From assembly GCA_015059445.1 (NCBI GenBank), contig SVAK01000002.1, positions 36,698 to 100,697 on the forward strand: a stretch of 64,000 nt of DNA. The letters are read 5' to 3'. The translations under genes and the position numbers were made by a program. The notes beneath the pieces were generated by a model. The model made no database searches. It worked only from the letters and a program-made list of their open reading frames with translations, and was not told the origin of the DNA. Below, in pieces: positions 20,492 to 31,041 of the stretch (positions are counted from its first letter, which is position 1; every line of letters starts with the position of its first letter). This stretch comes from Bacillota bacterium. Its GTDB lineage: Bacteria; Bacillota_I; Bacilli_A; RF39; UBA660.

Positions 20492-21352
20492 CTAATTTAG
20501 ATATTTTTTTAAATGTTCTAATTGTTTTTTACAATCTTGAACTCCTAAATCATATACCTTTTGAAGTTTATCTTTGCTTCTTTCAATAATATTTACATTA
20601 ATATCTTCTGTTGGTCTAATTACAAATATTTCTTTTTTATTTTCTAAATCAATTATTTTCTCTACCACTTCATTATAGGTTTTATGCCTTTTTTCCATAG
20701 TATCAACTAAATTAGGATAATTTCTAAATTTTCTTTTTAAAGTCTTTACTACTTTTTCAGACAACGGTTTCTTACGATAATTTAAAGGCCTTGTTAACAC
20801 AACAATTATTTTGTCATACCCAAGTTCTAAACATTTATCTATTGGAATGCTATCAGAAATACCACCATCAAGATATTTCTTGTTATTTATTTCTACTACT
20901 TTTGAAGCCATTGGCATAGCTGAAGATGCTCGTAAAGCTTCTAATTGTTCAATACAATTATCTATTTTTAAATATTCTGCTTTTCCATTTTCGATATTAG
21001 TTACAACTGCATAAAATTCCTTTTTATTTTTAACATAAGTTTCGTTATCAAATATATCTAATTTTTGACTAACTTTATAAAAAGCAAAATGTTTATTAAC
21101 TATATTACCTGTGAATATTAAAGATGGCAAACTCATGTATCTTAAATCACGGCAATATTTCTTACTATATCTTATTACTCTACCCTTTTGCTTAGAAAAA
21201 TAATTAACTCCAAATAAGGCCCCAGCTGATACTCCAACTATACCGTCAATTTTGATGTTGTTATCCATAAAAGTATCTAACACACCTGCAGTGTACATTC
21301 CGCGCATTGCGCCACCTTCTAATACAAGTCCAACTTTAGTCACTATAATCAC
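20492..21352 (-). CDS. Patatin-like phospholipase
   Basis: LEGGAMRG, GVSAG, YLDGG. Confidence 0.93.
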   Translation of the reverse strand: MIIVTKVGLVLEGGAMRGMYTAGVLDTFMDNNIKIDGIVGVSAGALFGVNYFSKQKGRVIRYSKKYCRDLRYMSLPSLIFTGNIVNKHFAFYKVSQKLDIFDNETYVKNKKEFYAVVTNIENGKAEYLKIDNCIEQLEALRASSAMPMASKVVEINNKKYLDGGISDSIPIDKCLELGYDKIIVVLTRPLNYRKKPLSEKVVKTLKRKFRNYPNLVDTMEKRHKTYNEVVEKIIDLENKKEIFVIRPTEDINVNIIERSKDKLQKVYDLGVQDCKKQLEHLKKYLN

Positions 21353-21413
21353 CTTCTAATATAAATATTATAACACAAAAAAAACGAACTATTACAGTTC
21401 GATGAAATCAAGA

Positions 21414-21502
21414 TGGTGCCCAAGGCCGGACTTGAACCGGCACGAGGTTTAAATCTCGCAGGATTTTAAGTCCTGTGCGTCTACCTATTCCGCCACTTGG
21501 GC
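21414..21502 (-). tRNA. tRNA-Leu (TAA)
   Basis: CAGGA-CTTAAAA-TCCTG anticodon arm, long variable arm, CCA. Confidence 0.96.
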
Positions 21503-21595
21503 AGGCACGGTCTTAATTACTAAGACAATTAAAATTATAACTTGTTTTTTAAATAATTTCAATACTTTTTTCAATATTTTTTTCAATATTTACTG

Positions 21596-21625
21596 TTGAC
21601 ATAGTAATTTCCTGTATGTTATAAT
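21596..21625 (+). promoter_or_regulatory. SigA promoter of the tRNA operon
   Basis: TTGACA-18 nt-TATAAT with extended TGn. Confidence 0.8.
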
Positions 21626-21644
21626 CAATTTGTCCTTTGGAAAT

Positions 21645-21737
21645 GGAGGAATACCCAAGTCTGGTTGAAGGGACCGGTCTTGAAAACCGGAAGGTCGGGT
21701 AACCGGCGCAGGGGTTCGAATCCCTTTTCCTCCGCCA
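21645..21737 (+). tRNA. tRNA-Ser (TGA)
   Basis: CCGGT-CTTGAAA-ACCGG, long variable arm, GCCA. Confidence 0.96.
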
Positions 21738-21758
21738 TTTTTTAAAGATATATATTAT

Positions 21759-21836
<78 letters not shown>

Positions 21837-21839
21837 TTT

Positions 21840-21916
21840 GGTTCGTTAGTCTAGAGGCCTATGACGCCTGCCTGTCACGCAGGAGACCACGGGTTCGAAT
21901 CCCGTACGAACCGCCA
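21840..21916 (+). tRNA. tRNA-Asp (GTC)
   Basis: CCTGC-CTGTCAC-GCAGG; GCCA end. Confidence 0.96.
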
Positions 21917-21919
21917 TTT

Positions 21920-21995
<76 letters not shown>

Positions 21996-22005
21996 GAAGA
22001 TAAAT

Positions 22006-22031
22006 AAAACTCCATATTATTGGAGTTTTTT
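22006..22031 (+). terminator. Terminator of the tRNA operon
   Basis: AAAACTCCA-tattat-TGGAGTTTTTT. Confidence 0.8.
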
Positions 22032-22194
22032 ATTGTGTAAATGATTCTAAATTTATAAAAATATGGTATATCTAGTTAATCTTCAATCAGCATATGATGA
22101 AATTATTATAAAAAAAAAATAAATTTTTGAAAATAATATAAATTGCTAACAATCAATAATAATGCTATACTTTAGTTAAGAAAGTAGGAGTAAA

Positions 22195-23381
22195 ATGAGA
22201 TGTGTAGGAACAGTTGTTAGAGGTATTAGAACACCAATAATAAAGGAAAATGATGATTTAACAAATATTGTAGTTGATTCTCTTTTAAATGCACAAGTAA
22301 ATGAAAAGTTTGAATTTAGAGACAAAGATATTGTTGCAATTACAGAGGCTGTTGTAGGAATAAGTGAAGGAAATTATGTGAGCGTTGATAATATAGCTAC
22401 AGATGTTAAAAATAAATTCCCATCAAGAAAAATCGGAATAGTTTATCCTATCCTTAGTCGTAATAGATTTTCTATGATATTAAAAGGAATTGCGCGAGCA
22501 ATGGACGAGATAACTGTATTACTTAGTTTTCCATCAGATGAAGTTGGTAATGGTATTCTTGATGAAGAAACTTTAGAAAATAGCAAGTATGATTTAGCGA
22601 GCATTATAAGTGAAAGTGAATATGAAGAAACTTTTGGTAAATTTCTTCACCCATTCACCGGAATTAATATGGTGAATTTTTACAGGGATTTAATAGAAAG
22701 CGAAAATTGTAAAGCAAACTTTATTCTTGCGAATAACCCAAAAGTGATTTTAGACTATACCAAAGATATACTTACATGTGATATTCACACAAGATATCAT
22801 ACAAAGAAAATATTAAGCGACGCTGGAGCTAAAACAATTTATGGACTATATGAGGTTATGAATGAATCTATTGATGGAAGCGGTTACAATCCAGAATATG
22901 GACTTTTAGGTTCTAATAAATCCACTGAAGAACGATTAAAGTTATTTCCTAAAACAGGTAATAAATTAGTATTAGATATTCAAAAGAAATTAAAAGAAAA
23001 AACCGGAAAAACAATTGAAGTAATGGTTTATGGAGATGGAGCTTTTAAAGATCCTGTTGGACATATATGGGAACTAGCTGATCCCGTTGTATCACCCGCA
23101 TACACATGTGCTTAGAAGGAACGCCGAATGAATTAAAATTAAAATATATTTCTGATAATAAATATGCCAATTTAAAGGGTGACGAATTAAAAGAAGCAAT
23201 AAAAAAAGAAATTAGAAAAAAGGAAGACAATTTAAAAGGAAATATGTTATCACAAGGTACAACACCAAGAAGACTTACAGATTTAATTGGGTCCTTATGT
23301 GATTTAACTAGTGGTAGCGGTGATAAAGGAACACCAGTAGTATTTATTCAAGGATATTTTGATAATTTATCTGATGATTAA
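22195..23381 (+). pseudogene. F420-0:gamma-glutamyl ligase (CofE)-like protein split by a 1-nt frameshift near 23110 (pseudogene or sequence error)
   Basis: The two ORFs are the consecutive halves ...WELADPVVSPAYT and LEGTPNELKLKY...SGSGDKGTPVVFIQGYF. Confidence 0.75.
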
Positions 23382-23481
23382 AGTTTTTTTACCCTGTTTT
23401 ACGTCGTAATAATTGGGTAACCTTTGTTGAATATAAAATAAAAAAGGAATTTTGATTCCTTTTTTATTTTATATATTAGAA

Positions 23482-23835
23482 TTACTTTTTATAAAAATCT
23501 AATTTTTCTTCTAACCATTTATTCAGATTTTCTTTTAAAGGTAAGAAACCTTTTCTTGTTTCTTGTATAGGACTGTTATCATTTGTAGCTTTATAATTAA
23601 TGTTTTTTATTGATAACTTTAATTGTAAACTATTTTCATTTATTTCTAATACTTGACAATAAATTGTTTCACCAATTTTAACATAGTCGTGTATATCTTT
23701 TACATAATCTTCAGAAACTTCTGATATATGAATTAATCCATTGTACCAAGGATCAATATTGACAAATATCCCATATTTTTCAATACCAGTAACTTGACCT
23801 TTAATAATATTTCCTACTTTATACTCCTCTGCCAT
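23482..23835 (-). CDS. S1-domain RNA-binding protein (YugI/GSP13 family)
   Basis: GQVTGIEKYGIFV...GLIHISEV. Confidence 0.88.
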   Translation of the reverse strand: MAEEYKVGNIIKGQVTGIEKYGIFVNIDPWYNGLIHISEVSEDYVKDIHDYVKIGETIYCQVLEINENSLQLKLSIKNINYKATNDNSPIQETRKGFLPLKENLNKWLEEKLDFYKK

Positions 23836-23905
23836 TATAACACCTAAAGTTAGTATACCACAAAAATTATTTACTTACAAAAAAATGTCGTATATAATAT
23901 AAGAA

Positions 23906-24139
23906 GTGATTAAAATGGAAGAAAAAATTAAGGAAATGATTGAACAAATTAGGCCATATCTTAACATGGATGGTGGCGATGTAGAATATGTTAAATATGA
24001 AGATAACTATGTATATATCAAATTAAGTGGCAATTGCGCTAACTGTTTAATTCAAGATAGCACTATCAACGATGGACTACTTATCATGTTTCAAGAACAA
24101 ATACCTGAAATAAAAGGAATTATAAACATACCATTATAA
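23906..24139 (+). CDS. NifU C-terminal (Nfu/YutI-like) protein
   Basis: IRPYLNMDGGDVE...LSGNCANC. Confidence 0.9.
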   Translation: MIKMEEKIKEMIEQIRPYLNMDGGDVEYVKYEDNYVYIKLSGNCANCLIQDSTINDGLLIMFQEQIPEIKGIINIPL

Positions 24140-25063
24140 TTCCTTTTTTATTAACCAATCTATCTTTTCTAAATGAGTATATTTACTTATTTCATCATAA
24201 GCTTTTCTTAAAAATAATTCATATTCATTTACTCTACTTATTATTTTAACTAGCCTTTCCTCATTACTATTATTATTCATTATATCTTCATATAAATCAA
24301 AATAATAAGAAGGATACAAAAGTCTAGCATATAACATATGATAACTATAAGATGTTAGCCTTTTCATTTTTAAAAAGGTTATTAAATCTAGTAAACTATC
24401 TTCTCCATTAAAAAATTCTACTTTTAGGAATTCAGCAATATCTCTAACTTCTAAATCAAATATAAAACTTAAAGGATTCAAATAATTAAGTGATGTATTA
24501 GGATAAAAAATTCTCCTATGAGAAAGTGTAATATTATCATACTCACTAAGACCAATAACTTTATTGATTTTATTAACATAGCTTATTGCGTTTTCTGCCA
24601 AACCAATATAATAACTAAATGAATCTAAAATAATTGTCTTATCTTTTCCTATTTCTCTAATTTGGTATTCAAAATAATCAATTTTCTTGCTCCAAAGTTC
24701 CCCCCAATTATTACGATATAATTTACTATTTTTAGAGTTAAGTCTAAGTTTACTCAAAAATTCACAAGCACTAATAAAATTAATAGTATCTGTTTTTGGA
24801 GTATTTAATTTAAGTAATATAAAGAAATTATCTCCCACTTTGGTTGTTAAAGCTTTATTACGATTCAAAATTATATCATGAACTCTTATACCTTTTACTT
24901 TAAGTTCTATACACAAGTCTATAATATCTTTTAATTCTTCTTCATCTCTATCAAAAAAAACAAAATAAAAATCTTCGCCATAATAATTAAATGCCGAATA
25001 ATTTTTATTATCCTCTATTTCATCTATATCAAAATTGTAATAATAGTTTATAATTTCTTTCAT
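24134..25063 (-). CDS. yutH: Spore coat kinase-like protein, YutH/CotS family
   Basis: WGELWSKKIDYFE, SFSYYIGLAENAISY, RDIAEFLK, YARLLYPSYYFD. Confidence 0.8.
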   Translation of the reverse strand: MKEIINYYYNFDIDEIEDNKNYSAFNYYGEDFYFVFFDRDEEELKDIIDLCIELKVKGIRVHDIILNRNKALTTKVGDNFFILLKLNTPKTDTINFISACEFLSKLRLNSKNSKLYRNNWGELWSKKIDYFEYQIREIGKDKTIILDSFSYYIGLAENAISYVNKINKVIGLSEYDNITLSHRRIFYPNTSLNYLNPLSFIFDLEVRDIAEFLKVEFFNGEDSLLDLITFLKMKRLTSYSYHMLYARLLYPSYYFDLYEDIMNNNSNEERLVKIISRVNEYELFLRKAYDEISKYTHLEKIDWLIKKEL

Positions 25064-25109
25064 ATGATATCCATTAAATTGTATGAAAAAAACTGAGCTT
25101 TTACTCAGT

Positions 25110-25949
25110 TTACTTGCGATTTTCTAATTCTTTTTGAAATTTTTGAACTAAAGCATCAAACATGTTTTCACAAGCTTGCATAAATGCTTCTTTTTGTTCC
25201 TTAAACATATCTACTTCATTTAATGCTCCTGAAGTTACATCATTTACTACTTGAGTTGGTTCAATTACTGGCTCTGGCATTACAGGCTCAACTACAGGAG
25301 TTGGGGCTACTGGAGCACTTCCAAATGTAGGCATTGGTGTATTTAAATCCATAGCGGGAACAACCACATCAACTTCTGGAGCACTGATTATTGGTGTCTC
25401 TGAAACAGGAACATCAATTATTGGAGTTTCCGGAACTGGAATATCAATTACCGGCGCGCTAAGAGCAACTCCTTCTTGAACTACTGGCTGTGGTGCTGCA
25501 ATTGGTGTTTCTACTTGTGGCATAACTGGTTCAACTTCTGGCTCTAAATTATTATTTAAAATACCTGCGGTATTGTTAGTCTCTTCCACATCATATGCAT
25601 TTTTCAAAGCATCAAATGATGGCACTGGTAATGTTAATTGTGTGTAATAAATATCATCTGCAGCAATTTCACTATCAACTTTAACAAACTCTATTTGATT
25701 ACCAGCAATAATATTTTTTAAATATTCTTTAACGATTTGCCATTCGCCTTGATCAACTATTTTAATTAATCTGTTATTTTCTAATTTACAAACTAAAATA
25801 ATTGGTAATCCCATTGATCCATTCATTTCATTATCTAATACTACATAACTATTATTATTTGCTTTAAAGGCGTTTATTAAAGGCTTTTCTACAATTGCCC
25901 CAGACACTAAATTTAATTTAATCTTTCCCATCACGTCAATCCCTTTCAC
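25110..25949 (-). CDS. Hypothetical protein with Pro/Val/Glu-rich linker
   Basis: Globular N-terminus, low-complexity middle, helical C-terminus. Confidence 0.7.
   Translation of the reverse strand: MKGIDVMGKIKLNLVSGAIVEKPLINAFKANNNSYVVLDNEMNGSMGLPIILVCKLENNRLIKIVDQGEWQIVKEYLKNIIAGNQIEFVKVDSEIAADDIYYTQLTLPVPSFDALKNAYDVEETNNTAGILNNNLEPEVEPVMPQVETPIAAPQPVVQEGVALSAPVIDIPVPETPIIDVPVSETPIISAPEVDVVVPAMDLNTPMPTFGSAPVAPTPVVEPVMPEPVIEPTQVVNDVTSGALNEVDMFKEQKEAFMQACENMFDALVQKFQKELENRK
25387..25446. repeat. Two imperfect 30-bp intragenic tandem repeats
   Basis: Encodes DIPVPETPII / DVPVSETPII. Confidence 0.7.
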
Positions 25950-25970
25950 TACTATAACATTATAACAAAA

Positions 25971-26270
25971 CTATGCATCTTTTTCAATTGTTTTATTTTC
26001 CATCTTTTTTAAGATAAAATGTTTACAACCATAAGCACAATTATTATTGATATAGTCTTCAACTTTATCTATATCATTATAACTTTTAACAAATTTATTA
26101 TTATGATTATAAAATCCTTTCAATCGTAACTTACCATAAGCCCAATCCCCTACAATATAATCAAAATTATCATAATAATCAGTTACTAACTCATCTAAAT
26201 TTATGGTATTTATTGTTTCGCCATAATCTTTTATAACTCTATATTTTTTGTTTCTTATTTTAACTTCCAT
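25971..26270 (-). CDS. yutD: YutD/DUF1027 family protein
   Basis: DYIVGDWAYGKLRLKGF, CAYGC. Confidence 0.88.
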   Translation of the reverse strand: MEVKIRNKKYRVIKDYGETINTINLDELVTDYYDNFDYIVGDWAYGKLRLKGFYNHNNKFVKSYNDIDKVEDYINNNCAYGCKHFILKKMENKTIEKDA

Positions 26271-26279
26271 AAAACCACC

Positions 26280-27107
26280 TTAAAATACCAATGTACTAAA
26301 TATTACTATCACCATTATTGTGGTTACAATAACGCTCATAATTAATAATATGTCAACATATCCATTACCTGTTGTAATTGGATTATTTTGCACTTTTATT
26401 TCTCTTATTTTTTCTTCTAATAAATAATTTTTATTAATTGCATTTTCTGAAATATCAAAAGATTTATATATTTTACTATTTAAATTATTAACATCATCTT
26501 CAGTCATTTTACTTAAATCTGCAATACTCACATTAAAAAATTTATAAATATCAAATCCTAACAAATTTTTCTTTTCGACACTTTTTGCCACTTCTTTTGT
26601 TGCCATGGCCTTTTTATAATACTCAGCTACTTCATAAATATTTTCGGCATTTAAGAAATTATAAGACAATCTTAGAGCATTTGAAGTTCCCGGAGTATAT
26701 AATAAATCAAAAAATTCATGGCTTTCATCTTTTGTTAAACCAAAATTGACTCTTTTTAAATTAAATAAATCTATTAAACATTTTTGAACATCAATGAAAT
26801 AAGGATTTTCTTCTCTTCGAATCACCTGTTTATTTTTTTTTTCTATTACATAAAAACCATCAATCAATCTTTTTAAATTGGCAATGTCTTCTTTCGTTGC
26901 ACCATACTTCAACAAATTATCGTCAAATGCAAATTCATTTTTTACTTGAAAAGGGTTCACAATATCCAATTCGCCATAAATGCTAACAAGCAATCGTATT
27001 ACAACAACTAAAAAAGAATTATAAAGAATACTTTCTGGTTTTTCTTTACTCATAAGGTAATCATTAATCGCTTTATCAAATGCTTCATTAATAAAAAATG
27101 ATTTCAC
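26280..27107 (-). CDS. Hypothetical protein with C-terminal membrane anchor
   Basis: Ends TGNGYVDILLIMSVIVTTIMVIVIF. Confidence 0.75.
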   Translation of the reverse strand: MKSFFINEAFDKAINDYLMSKEKPESILYNSFLVVVIRLLVSIYGELDIVNPFQVKNEFAFDDNLLKYGATKEDIANLKRLIDGFYVIEKKNKQVIRREENPYFIDVQKCLIDLFNLKRVNFGLTKDESHEFFDLLYTPGTSNALRLSYNFLNAENIYEVAEYYKKAMATKEVAKSVEKKNLLGFDIYKFFNVSIADLSKMTEDDVNNLNSKIYKSFDISENAINKNYLLEEKIREIKVQNNPITTGNGYVDILLIMSVIVTTIMVIVIFSTLVF

Positions 27108-27139
27108 ACTCTCACCCTATTCTAAGTATACCACAATCT

Positions 27140-27880
27140 CTAACTCATGGGAATATCAAAAATTTTACTACTATTTTCATAAGTGCCACCATAAAATTCT
27201 GGGACACTTCCATTAACTACCATAGCACCAATCAATATATCATAATAAAATTTATCTTCATTTTTCTTTAAAGGCGTAATAATTAATTTTTGCATTTCTA
27301 CTGTAATATATATTTCTAACAATGCATTATTAAAACCATAATTTGTTACTTTAGTTTTTATATTTGTCAAAAGAAATTCATTAAAATTAATTAAAACTGG
27401 GATATTAGGACCAAGATTATTTAAAAAAATATTTTCGCTACCTAAAAATAATGGAATATTTAGAATTAAACCATTTTGGCTACTATTTAAATATTTATCA
27501 TAAATCGTAACATCTATTTTACCATTTTCCAAATTATTAATTCCGTTTTCTAAAATTTGTGATACATCAGTAAGTATTTTATATGTTTTTTCTAAATCAT
27601 AATTAACTGTTAATATTTCCCCCTTACTATTTTTAGTAATCTCCAATATATCATTTACACTATCTCTATTAATAACATCATTAGTTATCAAATCAGAAAA
27701 AAATTGAAACATAATCTTATCTAATTTTTGATCTATTAAAACAAATGCTTTAGGTGTTACTATAGAAGAATAACTATTAAATAACAAAAAAGAGCACATA
27801 AAAACACAAAAAAATACAAAAAATAGTAATTTATTTATTGTATTTTTGTTTTTGTTTTTATAAGTCCTTAATCTTTTCAT
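27140..27880 (-). CDS. yunB: Sporulation protein YunB
   Basis: IPLFLG...NLGPNIPV, YGFNNALLEIYI, VVNGSVPEFY. Confidence 0.85.
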   Translation of the reverse strand: MKRLRTYKNKNKNTINKLLFFVFFCVFMCSFLLFNSYSSIVTPKAFVLIDQKLDKIMFQFFSDLITNDVINRDSVNDILEITKNSKGEILTVNYDLEKTYKILTDVSQILENGINNLENGKIDVTIYDKYLNSSQNGLILNIPLFLGSENIFLNNLGPNIPVLINFNEFLLTNIKTKVTNYGFNNALLEIYITVEMQKLIITPLKKNEDKFYYDILIGAMVVNGSVPEFYGGTYENSSKIFDIPMS

Positions 27881-27897
27881 ATTAAATAATATGCAAT

Positions 27898-28704
27898 TTA
27901 TGAAAAATATATAGTTTTAACAAGAAGTGCTACTCCAACTAAGAATATTATAACAATAATTGCTATTATTACTTTTATAAAAGTATTATTAGATTCAATA
28001 CTCTTCGAAAAATCATCGATATCTTCAAAATCTTTTTGTTTTAAAGCATTTGATGAAGTATAAAAAGAATTAATCATTTGAGTATCTGTTATACTAGGAG
28101 AAGTTTTCTCTGACATTTCTTTCTTTTCCACTTCTTCTTTTAATCCCTTTAAAATTTCTGTGTCATCGCCACCTTTTAATTCACTTAAAATATCTAAAGG
28201 CGAACTATCATCATTGTTGCGATTTTCATTTAAAGCAATTGTGTTAATTAGATTTTTTAAATTATCTTCTTCTAAATCATCCTCTTCTTCAGCTTCTTCA
28301 TTATTATAAACATTAAGATTTTTTAAAATATCAAATTGCGTATCTCTTAATTTTTTTAATCTTTCCTCTTCGTAATTATCACATTTTTGTTCTCTAGCTT
28401 TTTCTAAAATAACATTTATATCATATTCTTTAGTTATTTCTCTTTCTTCTTCAAATTCTTCTGTATCTTCTAATCTAATACTTCTTCTTTTAGGTGTTTC
28501 GTTATATTTCGTATCTAATATTTTTTTTATCTTTTCAACATCAATTTCATTTTTTTTGTTTTCTCCTAAAATAGTTGCATTACTTTTTACATCAAAGCTA
28601 TTTAATTCATTTTTACTTATCTCTTTATATAATTCTTCATTTTTATGATATCTCGAATTAGTAACTTCCGGTTCATCATAATACTTATTCATTCGTGAAC
28701 TCAT
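27898..28704 (-). CDS. Acidic hypothetical protein with C-terminal TM helix
   Basis: SR-containing N-terminus, acidic body, single C-terminal TM helix. Confidence 0.7.
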   Translation of the reverse strand: MSSRMNKYYDEPEVTNSRYHKNEELYKEISKNELNSFDVKSNATILGENKKNEIDVEKIKKILDTKYNETPKRRSIRLEDTEEFEEEREITKEYDINVILEKAREQKCDNYEEERLKKLRDTQFDILKNLNVYNNEEAEEEDDLEEDNLKNLINTIALNENRNNDDSSPLDILSELKGGDDTEILKGLKEEVEKKEMSEKTSPSITDTQMINSFYTSSNALKQKDFEDIDDFSKSIESNNTFIKVIIAIIVIIFLVGVALLVKTIYFS

Positions 28705-28806
28705 AGTAACACCTCTAGCATAATAATAACATAAACAACATTTTTTTTAAATGGTTATATTGCTTTTAAAATTTTTTTTTACTATAATTATACAAGGAGG
28801 AATAAA

Positions 28807-29160
28807 ATGAAAAAATTATGTGTTAATGAAGAAGCTTGCATCGGATGTGGAGCTTGTGTTGCAATAGATGGTGCTCATTTCGATTTTAATGAAGATGGTT
28901 TATCTGAAGTAATCAGTAACGAGAATGTGGAAAGTGAAGAAGCTCAAAATGCTATTTCTTCTTGTCCAACTAATGCAATTAGTTATGAAGAGGAAATTGA
29001 AGCAGACACTTCAGAAGAAAAGCATTGTGAATGTGAAAATTGTACTTGTGAAGATTGTCAATGTGATAGTGGTGAATGCCATTGTCCTGGGTGTGGTGAA
29101 GAATCTGGTTCTGAGGAAAAAGAAGAATGCCACTGCGGCCACTGCACTTGTGAAGAGTAA
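28807..29160 (+). CDS. Ferredoxin with Cys/His-rich C-terminal tail
   Basis: CIGCGAC...CPTNAI, plus a tail with 13 Cys and 4 His; SD AAGGAGG. Confidence 0.85.
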   Translation: MKKLCVNEEACIGCGACVAIDGAHFDFNEDGLSEVISNENVESEEAQNAISSCPTNAISYEEEIEADTSEEKHCECENCTCEDCQCDSGECHCPGCGEESGSEEKEECHCGHCTCEE

Positions 29161-29181
29161 AAAAACACCTCGTGGTGTTTT

Positions 29182-29904
29182 TTATTTTAAGCTATATAAT
29201 AATTTTACTTCCTTAGTACTTAATTCTCTATATTCTCCGCTTTTTAATCCGTCATCTGTTAAAAACGCAAACTTACTTCTAGTAAGTTTCATAACATCAT
29301 ATCCCAATTTTTCAAATAATTTTCTAACAATATGGTTTCTACCTTCATGAATTGTTACTTCTACTAAAGAAGTATTTTTTATTTTATCTATTTTTCTTAC
29401 TTTAACATTATCAATTAATAATTTTCTGTCATCAATTAAAATTTCTTTACGCATTTTTTTAAAATCATCTTCATTTAATATTCCATTTATTTTAGCAATA
29501 TAAGTTTTATAAATTCTACGTTTTGGATGCATCAATATATTAGCAAGATCCCCGTCATTAGTTAAAATAATTAAGCCAGTAGTATCATAATCTAATCTTC
29601 CCACCGGATAGATTCTTGAGTTTGTCGAAATTAAATCCACTACTGTCTTTCGACCCTTATCATCTTCAACACTGCATATAACTTCTCTCGGTTTATTTAA
29701 TAAATAATATTCTTTAATATTATTTTTGGCAATCATATTGCCATCAATACATATTATATCTTTATCACTTACTTTAAATCCTAAGGTATTTACAATTTCG
29801 CCATTAACAGTAACATGATTAGCCTCTATTAATTCTTCTGCTTTTCTTCTTGAAGTATACCCACTATTTGCTATAACCTTTTGTAGTCTTTCCATCCCAA
29901 TCAC
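29182..29904 (-). CDS. rluB: 23S rRNA pseudouridine synthase RluB
   Basis: S4 domain ERLQKVIA, GRLDYDTTG, EGRNHIVR; follows spmB as in Bacillus. Confidence 0.92.
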   Translation of the reverse strand: MIGMERLQKVIANSGYTSRRKAEELIEANHVTVNGEIVNTLGFKVSDKDIICIDGNMIAKNNIKEYYLLNKPREVICSVEDDKGRKTVVDLISTNSRIYPVGRLDYDTTGLIILTNDGDLANILMHPKRRIYKTYIAKINGILNEDDFKKMRKEILIDDRKLLIDNVKVRKIDKIKNTSLVEVTIHEGRNHIVRKLFEKLGYDVMKLTRSKFAFLTDDGLKSGEYRELSTKEVKLLYSLK

Positions 29905-29932
29905 CTACAAAAATAGTATAACAAAATAATTC

Positions 29933-30457
29933 TTAAAAGAAAAGATTCGTTAAAACAAAGGCCATAATTATACCGACTAAATCAGCAAATAATCCCACCC
30001 ATAAAGAGTGTTTTATTTTTGTTATTTTTACTGTTCCAAAATAAAGGGCTATAACATAGACCGTAGTGTCAGTACACCCTTGCAAAATTGAGGCAAGTCT
30101 CCCTACAAAAGAGTCTGGTCCAAAACTTTTAAAAATATCATTAACTATAGCCAAAGAAGCAGTCCCAGAAACCGGTCTTAAAATGGCCATTGGAAAAATT
30201 TCTATTGGCAAACTAACATTTCCTAATACTGGACTCAGTAACTTTATGACAAATCCCAAAAAATTACTATCTAAAAAAATATTGATAGCAAAAATCATTG
30301 CAATAACTGCAGGAAAAATACTAAAGGTGGTAACAAGCCCTTCTTTAGCTCCCTCTAAAAAAGCATCGTAGACGTTAATTTTCTTCTTAACTCCATAAAA
30401 AACAATTATTACAACAAATAAAGGAAGTATTATTTTTGAAATTATTTCCATTATCAC
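29933..30457 (-). CDS. spmB: Spore maturation protein B
   Basis: VYDAFLEGAKEG, LRPVSG, DTTVYVIALYFG. Confidence 0.92.
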   Translation of the reverse strand: MIMEIISKIILPLFVVIIVFYGVKKKINVYDAFLEGAKEGLVTTFSIFPAVIAMIFAINIFLDSNFLGFVIKLLSPVLGNVSLPIEIFPMAILRPVSGTASLAIVNDIFKSFGPDSFVGRLASILQGCTDTTVYVIALYFGTVKITKIKHSLWVGLFADLVGIIMAFVLTNLFF

Positions 30458-31041
30458 TTTCTCTTTCTAATAAAATAATCTAAAGTAACACCCGCAATGG
30501 AAGAACAAGCTGTAGCCATTATTGCAGGCAAAATTATTTCTCCAGGACTAGCTGAATTATAAGCAACTCTTAATGCCAGAATTGTTGTTGGTATTAATGT
30601 AACACCAGCTGTATTTAGAACCAAAAATGTAATCATTGGAGTACTAGCTGTATCTTTTTGAGGATTTATTTTTTGAAGCTCGTTCATTGCTTTCAATCCT
30701 GCTGGAGTAGCAGCACTTCCAAGACCTAACATATTAGCAGCTATATTTGATGAAATATAACCTAATGCCTTATTATCTTTGGGAACATCTGGAAATAATC
30801 TACATAAAATAGGATTTAAAAAATTTGCAAATTTATCTAAAAGCCCACTGACTTCTGCTATTTTTAAAATCCCTGTCCATAAAACAATTATTGGTAGTAA
30901 ATCTAAAATTAATTTTAAAGCATCATTTGCGTTACTTAAAATACTTTCATTAATAATACTTATATTACCAGACAAAAGCGAATAAATAATTCCAATACCT
31001 ATCAAAAAAGCCCATATATACCCCACCATTAGAACAACCAC
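30454..31041 (-). CDS. spmA: Spore maturation protein A
   Basis: ANMLGLGSAATPAGLKAM, FLVLNTA. Confidence 0.93.
   Translation of the reverse strand: MVVLMVGYIWAFLIGIGIIYSLLSGNISIINESILSNANDALKLILDLLPIIVLWTGILKIAEVSGLLDKFANFLNPILCRLFPDVPKDNKALGYISSNIAANMLGLGSAATPAGLKAMNELQKINPQKDTASTPMITFLVLNTAGVTLIPTTILALRVAYNSASPGEIILPAIMATACSSIAGVTLDYFIRKRK

Noticed and set aside
23095-23125. Programmed ribosomal frameshift in the CofE-like gene
   Set aside because: No slippery heptamer, homopolymer or stimulatory structure at the junction.
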